Assembly: GCF_000143415.4 (NCBI RefSeq)
Contig: NW_003314272.1
Location: 229,173 to 293,172, forward strand
Direction: 5' to 3'
Length of the DNA stretch: 64,000 nt
From: Selaginella moellendorffii
Lineage: Eukaryota > Plantae > Lycopodiophyta
Numbering within the stretch: the stretch's first letter is position 1; each line of letters begins with the position of its first letter. Below, piece by piece: positions 1 to 10,631 of the stretch. The position numbers and the translations under genes are program-made. A model generated the notes under the pieces. It saw nothing but the letters and a program-made list of their open reading frames with translations. It searched no databases and was not told the origin of the DNA.

Positions 1-186
1 ACAATCAGATGCGGGATCACAAGAAACCAACTTCACTAACTCTGGTTCACCAAGATCTACGTAAGGAGTTATGAAATGAAAGGACCCTCTCTATTGAAAT
101 GTGTTTATGGTCCTAAGGGCATTGTGACATATCCAAGGATTTTTCATCAAGTTCTGTATTTGCATGTTTATCAAGCTACTGAATTG

Positions 187-219
187 CTAAACCCTAAACC
201 CTAAACCCTAACCCTAAAC
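187..219 (+). repeat. Interstitial telomere-type repeat (CCCTAAA)n with one CCCTAA variant
   Basis: ctaaa ccctaaa ccctaaa ccctaa ccctaaac read directly. Confidence 0.9.
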
Positions 220-954
220 ATGTGGCAAATGCTGCGTGAAGAAAGATGCCCTTTCTGGGCAAATGCTGTAAGAGGCAGATGCCGAGCAGATGTATCTCAG
301 GCTAGCGAAGGGGACAAACGAAAGCTAGCTATAAACATGACGGGATGCAAATAGATTACTAGGCTGGTCCTGCGAAAATCAAAAACCATAATTGAAAACA
401 TTGAAAATGCAAAAAGAAAGGTTTATAATATTTTTGAATTTTAAGCAACCAAAGGAATGTAAGTAGGGCATGTGTTTGTAAGTTTAAAAATGCCTCAGCC
501 ATATAAATTCCCAAGTAAATAAAGCTGTTTCTATTTTTGGTACAGGTAAACTTTATAGCGTGTGGGCTCATGCAATTTTGAACCCAAAAATGCACCAAAA
601 GATGCTCGACTAGCATTATTCTTTGAATGGCATGTGGCATTATATTGCCATAAATGGACGTACATACACAGCATAATTATTCCTTTACACGGCGAATAAT
701 CTTGGCGCGGATCGCTGACATGGCATGGCAAAGTTCGAATCACTGACATGGCACAGCTGGATCGAGGCAAGGACATGATGTGACAAAGTTCAACCTCCGA
801 CAGCAAAGTCTAGAAGCTACTCAGTTTGAAATTTGTCAGAGGAATCATAAGATCTGGTTTGTCAGAGGATTTGATGTGACGTTCAAGCGTGTGTTATTTT
901 TGAATTCTCGAACTCATTCCTAGGTCTATCATTTTTGTGCGCCGTGTTCTTGGT

Positions 955-1109
955 TCCGCTGAGCGCAGTGAGCGCTGCTTGTGTAAGCGGCGTTGTGAGC
1001 TGTGGTTTATGCGTCTACAAGCGGTTGCGGCATTGCGAGCGCCATTGCGAGCGGCAGTTTATGCGAGTGGCAGTTTGTGCGAGCGGCGCTACGAGCAGTT
1101 GCGGTGTTG
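955..1109 (+). repeat. Degenerate GC-rich minisatellite (TGCGAGCGGC-like units) running into an assembly gap
   Basis: tgcgagcgcc/tgcgagcggc/tgcgagtggc/tgcgagcggc units; N run starts at 1110. Confidence 0.6.
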
Positions 1110-1801
1110 NNNNNNNNNNNNNNNNNNNNNNNNNNNNNNNNNNNNNNNNNNNNNNNNNNNNNNNNNNNNNNNNNNNNNNNNNNNNNNNNNNNNNNNNNNN
1201 NNNNNNNNNNNNNNNNNNNNNNNNNNNNNNNNNNNNNNNNNNNNNNNNNNNNNNNNNNNNNNNNNNNNNNNNNNNNNNNNNNNNNNNNNNNNNNNNNNNN
1301 NNNNNNNNNNNNNNNNNNNNNNNNNNNNNNNNNNNNNNNNNNNNNNNNNNNNNNNNNNNNNNNNNNNNNNNNNNNNNNNNNNNNNNNNNNNNNNNNNNNN
1401 NNNNNNNNNNNNNNNNNNNNNNNNNNNNNNNNNNNNNNNNNNNNNNNNNNNNNNNNNNNNNNNNNNNNNNNNNNNNNNNNNNNNNNNNNNNNNNNNNNNN
1501 NNNNNNNNNNNNNNNNNNNNNNNNNNNNNNNNNNNNNNNNNNNNNNNNNNNNNNNNNNNNNNNNNNNNNNNNNNNNNNNNNNNNNNNNNNNNNNNNNNNN
1601 NNNNNNNNNNNNNNNNNNNNNNNNNNNNNNNNNNNNNNNNNNNNNNNNNNNNNNNNNNNNNNNNNNNNNNNNNNNNNNNNNNNNNNNNNNNNNNNNNNNN
1701 NNNNNNNNNNNNNNNNNNNNNNNNNNNNNNNNNNNNNNNNNNNNNNNNNNNNNNNNNNNNNNNNNNNNNNNNNNNNNNNNNNNNNNNNNNNNNNNNNNNN
1801 N
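1110..1801. other. Assembly gap (other gaps at 3757-3856 and 25813-25912)
   Basis: Runs of N. Confidence 1.
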
Positions 1802-4339
1802 CTGAGCACGAACCGAAAAGGCAGAAAATGGCGATGGAGGTTCGAATGGTCTCGACAGTTGCTTGTTGCAAGAGGAGGTGCTGTCAACATGCTGATTGGG
1901 ATGCTATTGAAGAGGAGAGAGCAAGATACAAGACATTGTCCTGGAAGGCAGCTCGCAATTTTGTGTATGAGGCATTACGGTCATCTATTGATGCTTCAGA
2001 ACATCAGGTGGGGGGCATGGTCTTCCAGAGGGGTTTGGTCTGCATGAAGGCATGGAGAATCATTTATGGAGTCCCTCGAACCACATTCTACAGAATCAAA
2101 ACTGAGTTCGAGGAACAAAGGGTTCAACAGGCAGTCCATGGGAACGACGGTACGCACAAAACCAGGGGTCATGTTGTATATGGAGAGGCAATCTTCAAGA
2201 GGTTTGTCGAGACATGTAGCGAGCAGCAACCACATAAAACCCGCCTCTTGGAAGATGGAACACGAGACACCCAACGAGTTCTCCCTTCCATGTATACCAA
2301 GGGGGCCATATTGGAAGATGTGAATCGGGAACTCCAGAGTAATGGCTACAGGAAGCTGAGCCAATCTAGATTTAGTAGATTGTGGAGCAACAGGTTCAGG
2401 GATGTGAGTATAGGAAAGTACTCCAGCTTTTCAAAGTGTGACGAGTGCACTGCTATCAAAATGGCTTTGTCGAAGAATTCTTGCAGCGCTCAAGAGCGAG
2501 AGACGTTGGTTAGAAGGCGGCTCGACCACAACATCGAGCAGAGAAGCTGCAGGACTGCATATTATCATAACAGGATTCTCTCCATGGAGAGACCTGACTC
2601 TTACCTCTGCATCATCCACGACAAAATGGATCAGAAAAAGACGTGCTTACCTCGACTCAATCCTGCCCCCAAGGCAATCTCTTCATCCATGCAGCTGCCT
2701 GTGTCTCTGTTTGGCATAATCGCTCATGGGCATGGTGCCCAGAACTATGGGAACTTCTTTGTGCCTCTATGGGGTGGCGGGGGTGCAAACATGATGATTG
2801 CGTCCTTAGCAAAACACTTAAGGTCTCTGCAAAGTGCGCAGACTGAGCTGAACGGCCAACCCTTGCATAAGGCCCTTGTCGATCGAACCCCATACAGGGT
2901 TCAGCTGGAGGAGGAGCAAAGGCTTGCAGTATCGCGTGGGGCCCCATGCCATCCTAGTGAATATGTTGGCCGTCAGATTGTAGGGTTATCACGTGAGGCC
3001 TCATGCCATTACGACGAGGCTGGTCGCCCGGTGAATGCACAGCCTCATCCAAACGAAGCAGAATCTCAAGGAAGTTCTTGCGGCCGATGTGGCCTTCCAC
3101 CCCATCTTCTGCTCCAAACAGACAATGCTGGCAGTGAGAACAAAAACATGTACGTCTTCGCGTACTTGGCGATGCTTGTTGCCAAAGGCATATTTGAAAC
3201 GGTTACACTTGGCTTTCTCATGGTTGGGCACACTCATGAAGACGTCGATGCCATGTTCAGTCACCTGGCAGAGTCCCTCCGGCGATCCAATGTCCTCACC
3301 CTCCCACAACTCTACGATGAATTCCAAAATTGCATCAAAGGCACTGTTGAAGCTGCACTTGTGACAGAGGTTCCAGACTTTAAGGGGTTTGTAAGAGGCT
3401 ACATCAGGGACGGATCCGAAACGCTGATTGGCCACTCCAAGCCTCTTCAGTTTCATTTCAGCATGCGTGACGGTGCTCCAGTGATGAGGTACAAGATGAG
3501 AGAATGGGACACAGTGTGGCTGCCAGTGGATGGCATTGAACTCTTCAAGAGAGATCCCATAATTGGGGAACCTATGATTCCTCAGGGTTCCCCACGGCCG
3601 ATGCACCCGGATGGACTCAAAGACCAGGAAAGTATAGTGGCCGGGATTAGACAGCATATTGCCTTCTGGAAGAGGGGGTTGGTGTTTGGTGGAGAATCCT
3701 ATTTTAAGAGGTGCAAGCCTTTGCTCGAATACTGGGAGAAGATTATATCTGCTATCNNNNNNNNNNNNNNNNNNNNNNNNNNNNNNNNNNNNNNNNNNNN
3801 NNNNNNNNNNNNNNNNNNNNNNNNNNNNNNNNNNNNNNNNNNNNNNNNNNNNNNNNATGCAGTGACAGATAACGATGTTGAGGATCACTATTGTGGGCCG
3901 AGGAACAAGAAGCCGGATTCAGCATTCAATCCAGTACAGGTCTGCAAAGGAATGGTCGTGCTTGTCAGACCCAGTAATAAAAAACAAATGATATGGGTGG
4001 GGCGCTGCATCACTGATGCAGAGGAGGACGCGGAAACTAACTCCTTCAATGTAACTGTGGAGTGGTTCAAGCCAAGTTCCGGATATACGAAGGATTGCCT
4101 AGAAAAGAGATGGGTGCTGAATCCAAGGGATCCCAGCATGAGCATATCGGTGGATAATGTTGTGCATGGTTGGATGCGGAAGCAGAGTGCCACCATCACC
4201 TTGCCAGACCATGCAAGAGATGCAGCAAGAGCATTCATAACCCGGGTTCAAGGTGAGATTCATTAATATTCCTTTACTAAGTTTCTAATGTATTTTATTT
4301 CAAGGTGAACAATCCGAATCTGAATCAGAGGAGGCGTGA
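1802..4339 (+). CDS. DUF7869-type / Sola1-like DD[E/D] transposase with a C-terminal SH3/BAH-like beta domain; 5' end may lie in the gap (first ATG at 1828)
   Basis: Open frame on both sides of the 100-N gap. Motifs KCDEC, HDKMDQ, QTDNAGSENKN, FLMVGHTHEDVDAMFS. Probable terminal intron 4253-4304 gives the C-terminus RVQ|GEQSESESEEA*. Confidence 0.75.
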
Positions 4340-4954
4340 TGGCATGTGGCCCTTTGCACTAGTATATCTTAATACCGGTCTGAGAAATAGAATGGCATGT
4401 GCCCTCAGGCCTTTTACTAAATCACCTTTGAAAGAAATGCAAGCCTCTATGTCGTAAAAAAAAGGTACTAGAGAAATTCCTTAATAATATGAATGTTATT
4501 TAGTTTCATGAAAATACACTAAGGGTCAAATGAGTTAAATGACTTCTCCAGACTAGCAATGCCTCTTGCTACACCTTCACAATTAGATTCGTTAGAAAAA
4601 GATAACATTGAATAATATCTAAATGTTCTCACCATTAAGTTATATGTCTGGCTAATAGGAATGACGTTCATCTTGGAAAGCTCACCACACGCTCAATGAA
4701 CAAACAAATAGTGTGTGCGCGCATGCCATCGCTCTTCTTTAGCTTCAGATTCGGCTTGTTCACCTTGACAATGAGATTTTTTATACAACCAGATGGACTC
4801 AGTCTGGACACAAAGTCACCGCGCTAGTCACCATGCCCCAGATATGTCTAGCCCCTGGACAAAAAACATATAATTTCACGTCATTTTCAAATACTTGAAA
4901 ATTTGTACCTAGTCCCATTTTACTGAATAAATCCCACTTTAACGAAATAGAGCT

Positions 4955-5450
4955 TTTAGTGAAATGTTGGAGGATCATTTGAAACACTTGGAGCTGATGT
5001 TTCAAAAGTTCCACGAACACAAACTGTATATTAAGGAAAGTAAATGCGCTTTTGGACAATTGCACATAAACTTTCTCGAACATATAGTTGGTGGTGGTGT
5101 AATTGAGGTGGATCCAAAAAAGGTGGAAGCGGTGAAGTCTTGGGAAGTCTTGACCACTGTATTAGATGTTCGTTTCTTTCTCGGTTTGGCGGGATACTAT
5201 TGCAAGTTTGTCCACAATTTTGTAAAAATTGCTCTTTTATTGACTAAGTTGACGAAGAGTAGTATTCCGTTTCATTAGACACCAGCTTATCAGCATGTTT
5301 TTGTATGGTTGAAGGAGATCTTGACTACGGTTCTTGTTCTCAAGATCCTAGATCTTAATAAACCCTTCGAAGTGCATTGTGATATATTTGGCTATGCTAT
5401 TGGTGCCGGATTGGAAGTGCATTGTGATGCATCTAGCTATGCTATTAGAA
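4955..5450 (+). pseudogene. Ty3/Gypsy RT C-terminal to RNase H fragment
   Basis: FSEMLEDHLKHL..ESKCAFG..FLGLAGYYCKFV..KPFEVHCD; internal stop; short tandem duplication of EVHCD..YAI at about 5370-5450; YxDD motif absent. Confidence 0.9.
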
Positions 5451-5553
5451 ATATAAACATTTTATCCATGGATGAAGGTATCCACCATGGGACTGTAGTA
5501 CGGGTGGATGATTAATTACCTCACATAGAAGACTAAATACCAAATGTAGCGCA

Positions 5554-5951
5554 CCTTTATCAGTCCCTCTTGTTCAAGTGTTAGTAAATTGAACTTTGCA
5601 TCTGTACTTGGTTAGACAAGCATAAGGAAGGAATTCGTAAGTGTCTATTTAGCCAATCATACTTGGCCCGGCTTATTAGTTCTCTTTTGCTCTGTCTTGC
5701 ATTGGCTTGACAAGAACCCTTGCGTATTGAGATTAGTCCCTTAATATTGTTGGATGATAGTTTATTGTGTTTACCAAACACCCTCGCTATCATGCCCTTT
5801 GTGTTAGTCTCATTTCGGTCCCAAATGTTAATTATGGAAAGTGTCTAAATTTGCTCATTTGGCATATCTACGGAATGTAGAGATTGTTCTGAACACAATG
5901 GTGTTCGTCCCGTGTCTAAATTCGCAATCTAATGACATTCCATATTTAGTA
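5554..5951 (+). repeat. About 400 bp dispersed repeat, copy A (inverted copy at 10238-10631)
   Basis: cctttatcagtccctcttgttcaagtg...gacattccatattta is the diverged reverse complement of 10238-10631. Confidence 0.9.
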
Positions 5952-6048
5952 AATTTTGAGTTTATCTCAGAGATTAACTCCTGATACTAAGGGAGGCTTG
6001 GGGTGAAAAGCCCAAAGCGTGTATTCCTCAAGGGGGCGGGGGGGGGGG

Positions 6049-6594
6049 TGCTGTGGGGGGTTCCAAATGTATAGTAAGGATAGTGGGTAGGTTGAGCAAG
6101 GCTGACCAACTTGAGGTATAGTCTAGCTCCCGCTTGCATGGCTGTCCTTATTTTGCGTCTGGCTTGGGTCTAAGCCTAAGTTCCATTCCATGCTAGCTAG
6201 TGGAGTACCCATATCCTTGCGTTAGGCCACCGGTATGTTAAAATAGTGCCAGACTCCGTTTGGCTCTGTTTTGCATACTGGTCCTGGCATTGGGATGTTG
6301 TTGCTCCAAAATTGTTCCAAATCGCTTCAGGCTCTTGTCCCTTCGCTCTTTGGGCTGTATGCTTGATGGTCCGATTTCGTCACTCCTTGGCTCCATGCTT
6401 GGGAGTTTGGCACCATTCTTTCGTTCAGTGGCCCAAGGTCCTGAACCTCGGGTTCCACACCACTGTCCTATGGACATGTGGCATTTGACATGTGGTATAT
6501 GACATGTGGCACATGGAAGGTTTAAGTTCCGCTTCGTGGTGTTATCCTATGGTAAATCACCATAGGATAAAAGGTAAAAACGATGTGCGTTACA
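6049..6594 (+). mobile_element. LTR copy 1 (TG...CA), preceded by a PPT and followed by a Met-tRNA PBS
   Basis: G-rich PPT at 6030-6048, TG at 6049, ends ttaca, PBS tggtattagag at 6597-6607; diverged direct repeat of 9161-9712. Confidence 0.8.
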
Positions 6595-6607
6595 TTTGGT
6601 ATTAGAG

Positions 6608-9147
6608 AATATGTCTCAACAAATACTATTCAATGAGATTGGGCAATTAGTCTCATTGCATATGCAGAGATGAAAATGATAATCCAAGTGGGTATACGTT
6701 TGGGTGCAAAGACTTCGCAATTATTCCTTAGGTATGGATTTGGTTACCTTTTTGTACTATAATAATGTGAGCTTGCTCTTGGGCTCATAAGATAGAAACA
6801 TTAACTCTTCTTTTCATAAAACTAGCATAGTCCACGACTAAATCACTTTTCAAGGAAAAGCTAAAGCTCAAAACCCTAAAAAAATAATCTCATCTAGAAC
6901 ACAACTAACTCAAACTTGCCGCTCAATTCATTTGAACGTCAACATAGTTGCTAACTAGCAAATGTGCAAATACTAATAACACAAAGCCACAACCAAATCA
7001 TCAACACTATCTCTATTAAGACTAATAAAACTCAATATCAATTTTAAGGATAAACATCTCATCTCACTTGAATCTCAATATCAATAATATCAATGACAAG
7101 GCATCACTTCAATACTATCAACACCATAATAAAGCTAAAAGAAAGCAAGAGTGAATCACCACTCAAAACTCTTTAACAACCAAGCTAACCAAAGTTGAAG
7201 ATATTATATTTAGTATCTGAGATCAATCCTTCAACAATACTCAGGTACATATAACACATCATCAAGGAGTGATTCACCACATCCAAGACTTAATGAAATC
7301 CAACACCTAAATGAAACACAACCAAATGATATCAACAGAGGTAGAATTAACATACGAATATGGAAAACCTATGTAAGTCTAATGACACGATCCTCCGCAA
7401 CACATCCGGTAAAGCAAGTCTATCACTGCTAAATCTTCATTGAGTGAAGCAAGTGTCAACAGTCCTCAATGAAGCCTACAAGAAATCACTAGTTGCAAAG
7501 TAACCAACAATCACTCTTCAACTTGCCTTCACAAGAACCAAACACCAAACTCGTGCCATCAAGTCATATACTTGTCCAATATGAACGTAATACCCTAGGT
7601 ACAAGATAAAGGTTCATGGATAAACACGAACTAAATGACCACTCGAATCCAACTCAACCGCAATAAGCTCACCAATGCATTTAGCTAACAGTTCTGAGCA
7701 TACCTTGTAGAAGTTAGCTATGTATGATCAACACTCAGTTGAAACCAAAGTGAAGATCATGAGATAAACTCATATTAGTACACAACCTCCTCATAGACAA
7801 AGCTATAGTATAAGTACTAACATCTCAAACTCACACAACTAAATTGGACCTCACCATCCTCAGTCAAGGGCTACTAAAACTAAATCAAAATTAGTGAGAG
7901 CTCACTACTCTCATAAAGTCTTAACGAAATGCAAAATGCAACCTACCACCGAGCATAACACTATAGAAGAAAGGCACAAGGGTTACCTTTCTTAGAAAAG
8001 TGCAACATATAAGACCATCATTTTCAATATGCACCAAGATAGGGACTTTTGATTGCATACCATGAACATAAGCAATGAGTCACACTTTGTTGCAAATTAT
8101 CTCTTCAAGAGAAAATGATTTACATGTTTGATACTTCATCCCTGACAACTTTCTTTTCGGCCTCATCTTTGACTAAACCTCAAACTTGCTTTCACACTGT
8201 TTTCAGTCTAATCCAAGAAAAGTTTATGAGAGAGTACGGCAATGACTATTTGAATCAATAGACTAATCCCTTTAATCTTGATTGATCCACTTATAATCAT
8301 GCCTAGGAAAGATCCATTAGTGCTGTGCTAAACAACTATAGACCAGCCTATTTGCCACTCATAACAAACTCAGAGAAGGTTTACCTTCACCCACGATGTA
8401 TGGAACAATTCATGGAACCAATGGAACAACTCATAGAACCACCGATAGGTTAATATTAGTCCTGCCAACTCAAAGTGTAACCTTGAGTTGCTAATGTGCC
8501 TCACTCACAAGCCCAAGCATAAACTCGTGCAAACAAATATTGGAATGTTTGAATCTTTATTGGATTTGAGTTGGAATATATTGATCATTGATGATTCTTT
8601 TTGTACTTGTTATGAAGTGAGTTACGTCTTGCTATAGATGGATTCATGGAGGATTATTTAGTGATCACTTGTTGAGCATAGCTCCATTGTGCTTGGCTTT
8701 TGGATTGATGCAGATATACTCTTTATTAGGTTTACATTATAAAGTTTAGTTTATTAATGTGTTGAGAAGGATATTGTGGGTTATACCATGATTTCTTCTT
8801 TAGCATTGAAGTTGGTTCATGCGAAACTTGTGATCATTACTTAAGTCTAAGATGTTGAAGTTAGTGTTTGCATCTAGCAATCATTGGTGATGATTGACTA
8901 TCATCTAAGATAGTTGATTATCTTTGTCAAAGGTTTTGTTTGATTATTGTTTGTATGGAAAGATTTGCTATTTTTCGAGATGGTGGATTCCTTTTTCGAC
9001 AATGATTATGCATATCTTTTGATAGGATGATTAATGATCTTCTATGATAGTTAGTTGTTTTTTTTTTATAGCTTATGGCTTTTCGCATTACCACATATTA
9101 TTTGTGGTTTACTCTGGATTGGTCTCTTGGATTTGAGACATTAATAG
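6608..9147 (+). mobile_element. Highly decayed LTR-retroelement internal region
   Basis: Lies between PBS and PPT; AT-rich with no long ORF; weak integrase-like traces near 8000-8230 (NESHFVANYLFK). Confidence 0.45.
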
Positions 9148-9160
9148 GAGGGGGGGGGGG

Positions 9161-9712
9161 GGGGGGTTCCAAATGTATAGTAGGGATAATAGGTAGGTCG
9201 GGCATGATCGACCAACCTGAGGCATAGTCTAGCTCCTGCTTACGTGGCTGTTTTTGTTCTACGTCTAGCTTGGGTTTAAGCCCAAGTTCCATTCCATGCT
9301 AGCTAGTGGAATACCCATATCCTTGCGTTAGGCCACCGATATGCTGAAATAGCACCAGACTCCATTTGACTTCGTTTTACGTGCTAGTCCTGGCATTAGG
9401 ATGTTGGTTGCTCCATAACTGTTCCAAGTCACTCTGGGCTCCTATCCCTTCGCTCCGTGGGTTGTATGCTCGAGAGTTGCTCCATGGTCCAATTTCATCA
9501 CTCCTTGGCTCCATGCTTGGGAGTTTGGCACCATTCCTTCGTTCAGTGGCCCAAGGCCCTGAACGTCGGGTTCCACACCACTGTCCTATGGACACGTGGA
9601 ATGTGACACATGGCATATGATATGTGGCACATGAAAGGTTTAGGTTCCGCTTCGTAGTGTTATCCTATAGTAAATTACCATAGGATAAAGGGTAAAAACC
9701 ACATACAGTACA
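9161..9712 (+). mobile_element. LTR copy 2, preceded by a poly-G PPT and followed by a Met-tRNA PBS
   Basis: G-run 9147-9166, ttccaaatgtatag start shared with LTR1, ends taca, PBS tggtatcggagc at 9715-9726. Confidence 0.8.
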
Positions 9713-10237
9713 TGTGGTATCGGAGCAAATGGCACAGACTCAATTCCTATTGATTAATGGCTACTTAAAAATATAATATCCCCTTGAGCAAGGTATATTC
9801 CTACCCCTAAATTTGAAATCATACATATTAGGCATTCATGCATATGTCCTTCCTCTTGTGTAGAGTATCCACGGACGAAGGTATCCACCATGGGACTACG
9901 GTATGAGTGGATGACTAGTTACCTCATATGAAATAGCTAATCTACACAATGGAAGGATTGGTAAATTTAATGCGGAAATGGAGGTGTTGGTTCCTCTTGG
10001 CTCAGTAAGGGTTATTAGTCAATAGTCAATAAAGACATTGATATCTTTGAAAGGGGGGTGAGTGTAATGCATGTGATCATGGGATGAAATTTGAATATAA
10101 TGTCACCATGGATCCTTAGAACCTTGGGGGATAAATGGGGATAAAATAGCCACTAAGGGCTCTCTCATCAAACAATTAAGAGTTTTCTAGTTGGTGTAAA
10201 GGGAGAGAGATATGGTTCCAATATTTAGTATTTCCAA

Positions 10238-10631
10238 TATTAAATATAGAATGTCCCTAGATTGCGAATTTGGACACGAGACGAACACTATTGTGTTCAG
10301 GCTAACCTTTACATTCCGTAAATATGCCAAATGAGCGAATCTAGACACTTCCCATAAATAGCATTTGGGACCAAAATGAGACTAACACAAAGGGCGTGAT
10401 AACAAGGGTGTTTGGCAGACACAGTAAGCTATCATCTAACAATATTGAGGGACTAGTCTCAATAGAGGGTTTTTGCCAAGCCAGTGCAAGACAAAGCAAA
10501 AGAGAATTAACAAGCCGAGGCAAGTATACTTGGCTAAATACACACTTAGGATTCCTTCCTTATGCTCATCCGGCCAAGTACAGATGCTAAGTCCAGTTTA
10601 CTAACACTTGGACAAGAGGGGCTAATAAAGG
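10238..10631 (-). repeat. About 400 bp dispersed repeat, copy B (inverted relative to 5554-5951)
   Basis: Reverse-complement match; mirrored ORFs 5581-5793(-) and 10396-10590(+) translate near-identically. Confidence 0.9.

Noticed and set aside
935-1890. Long ORFs spanning the N gap, including the N-terminus of the 1109-aa ORF
   Set aside because: Artefacts of translating Ns; the part before the gap is a minisatellite.
6238-9620. Duplicated 80-aa ORFs at 6238-6502 and 9366-9620
   Set aside because: They lie within the LTRs, so the similarity reflects the DNA repeat rather than protein conservation.
6049-9712. Cassandra TRIM (5S rRNA-containing LTR)
   Set aside because: No 5S A/C-box similarity seen in the LTRs.
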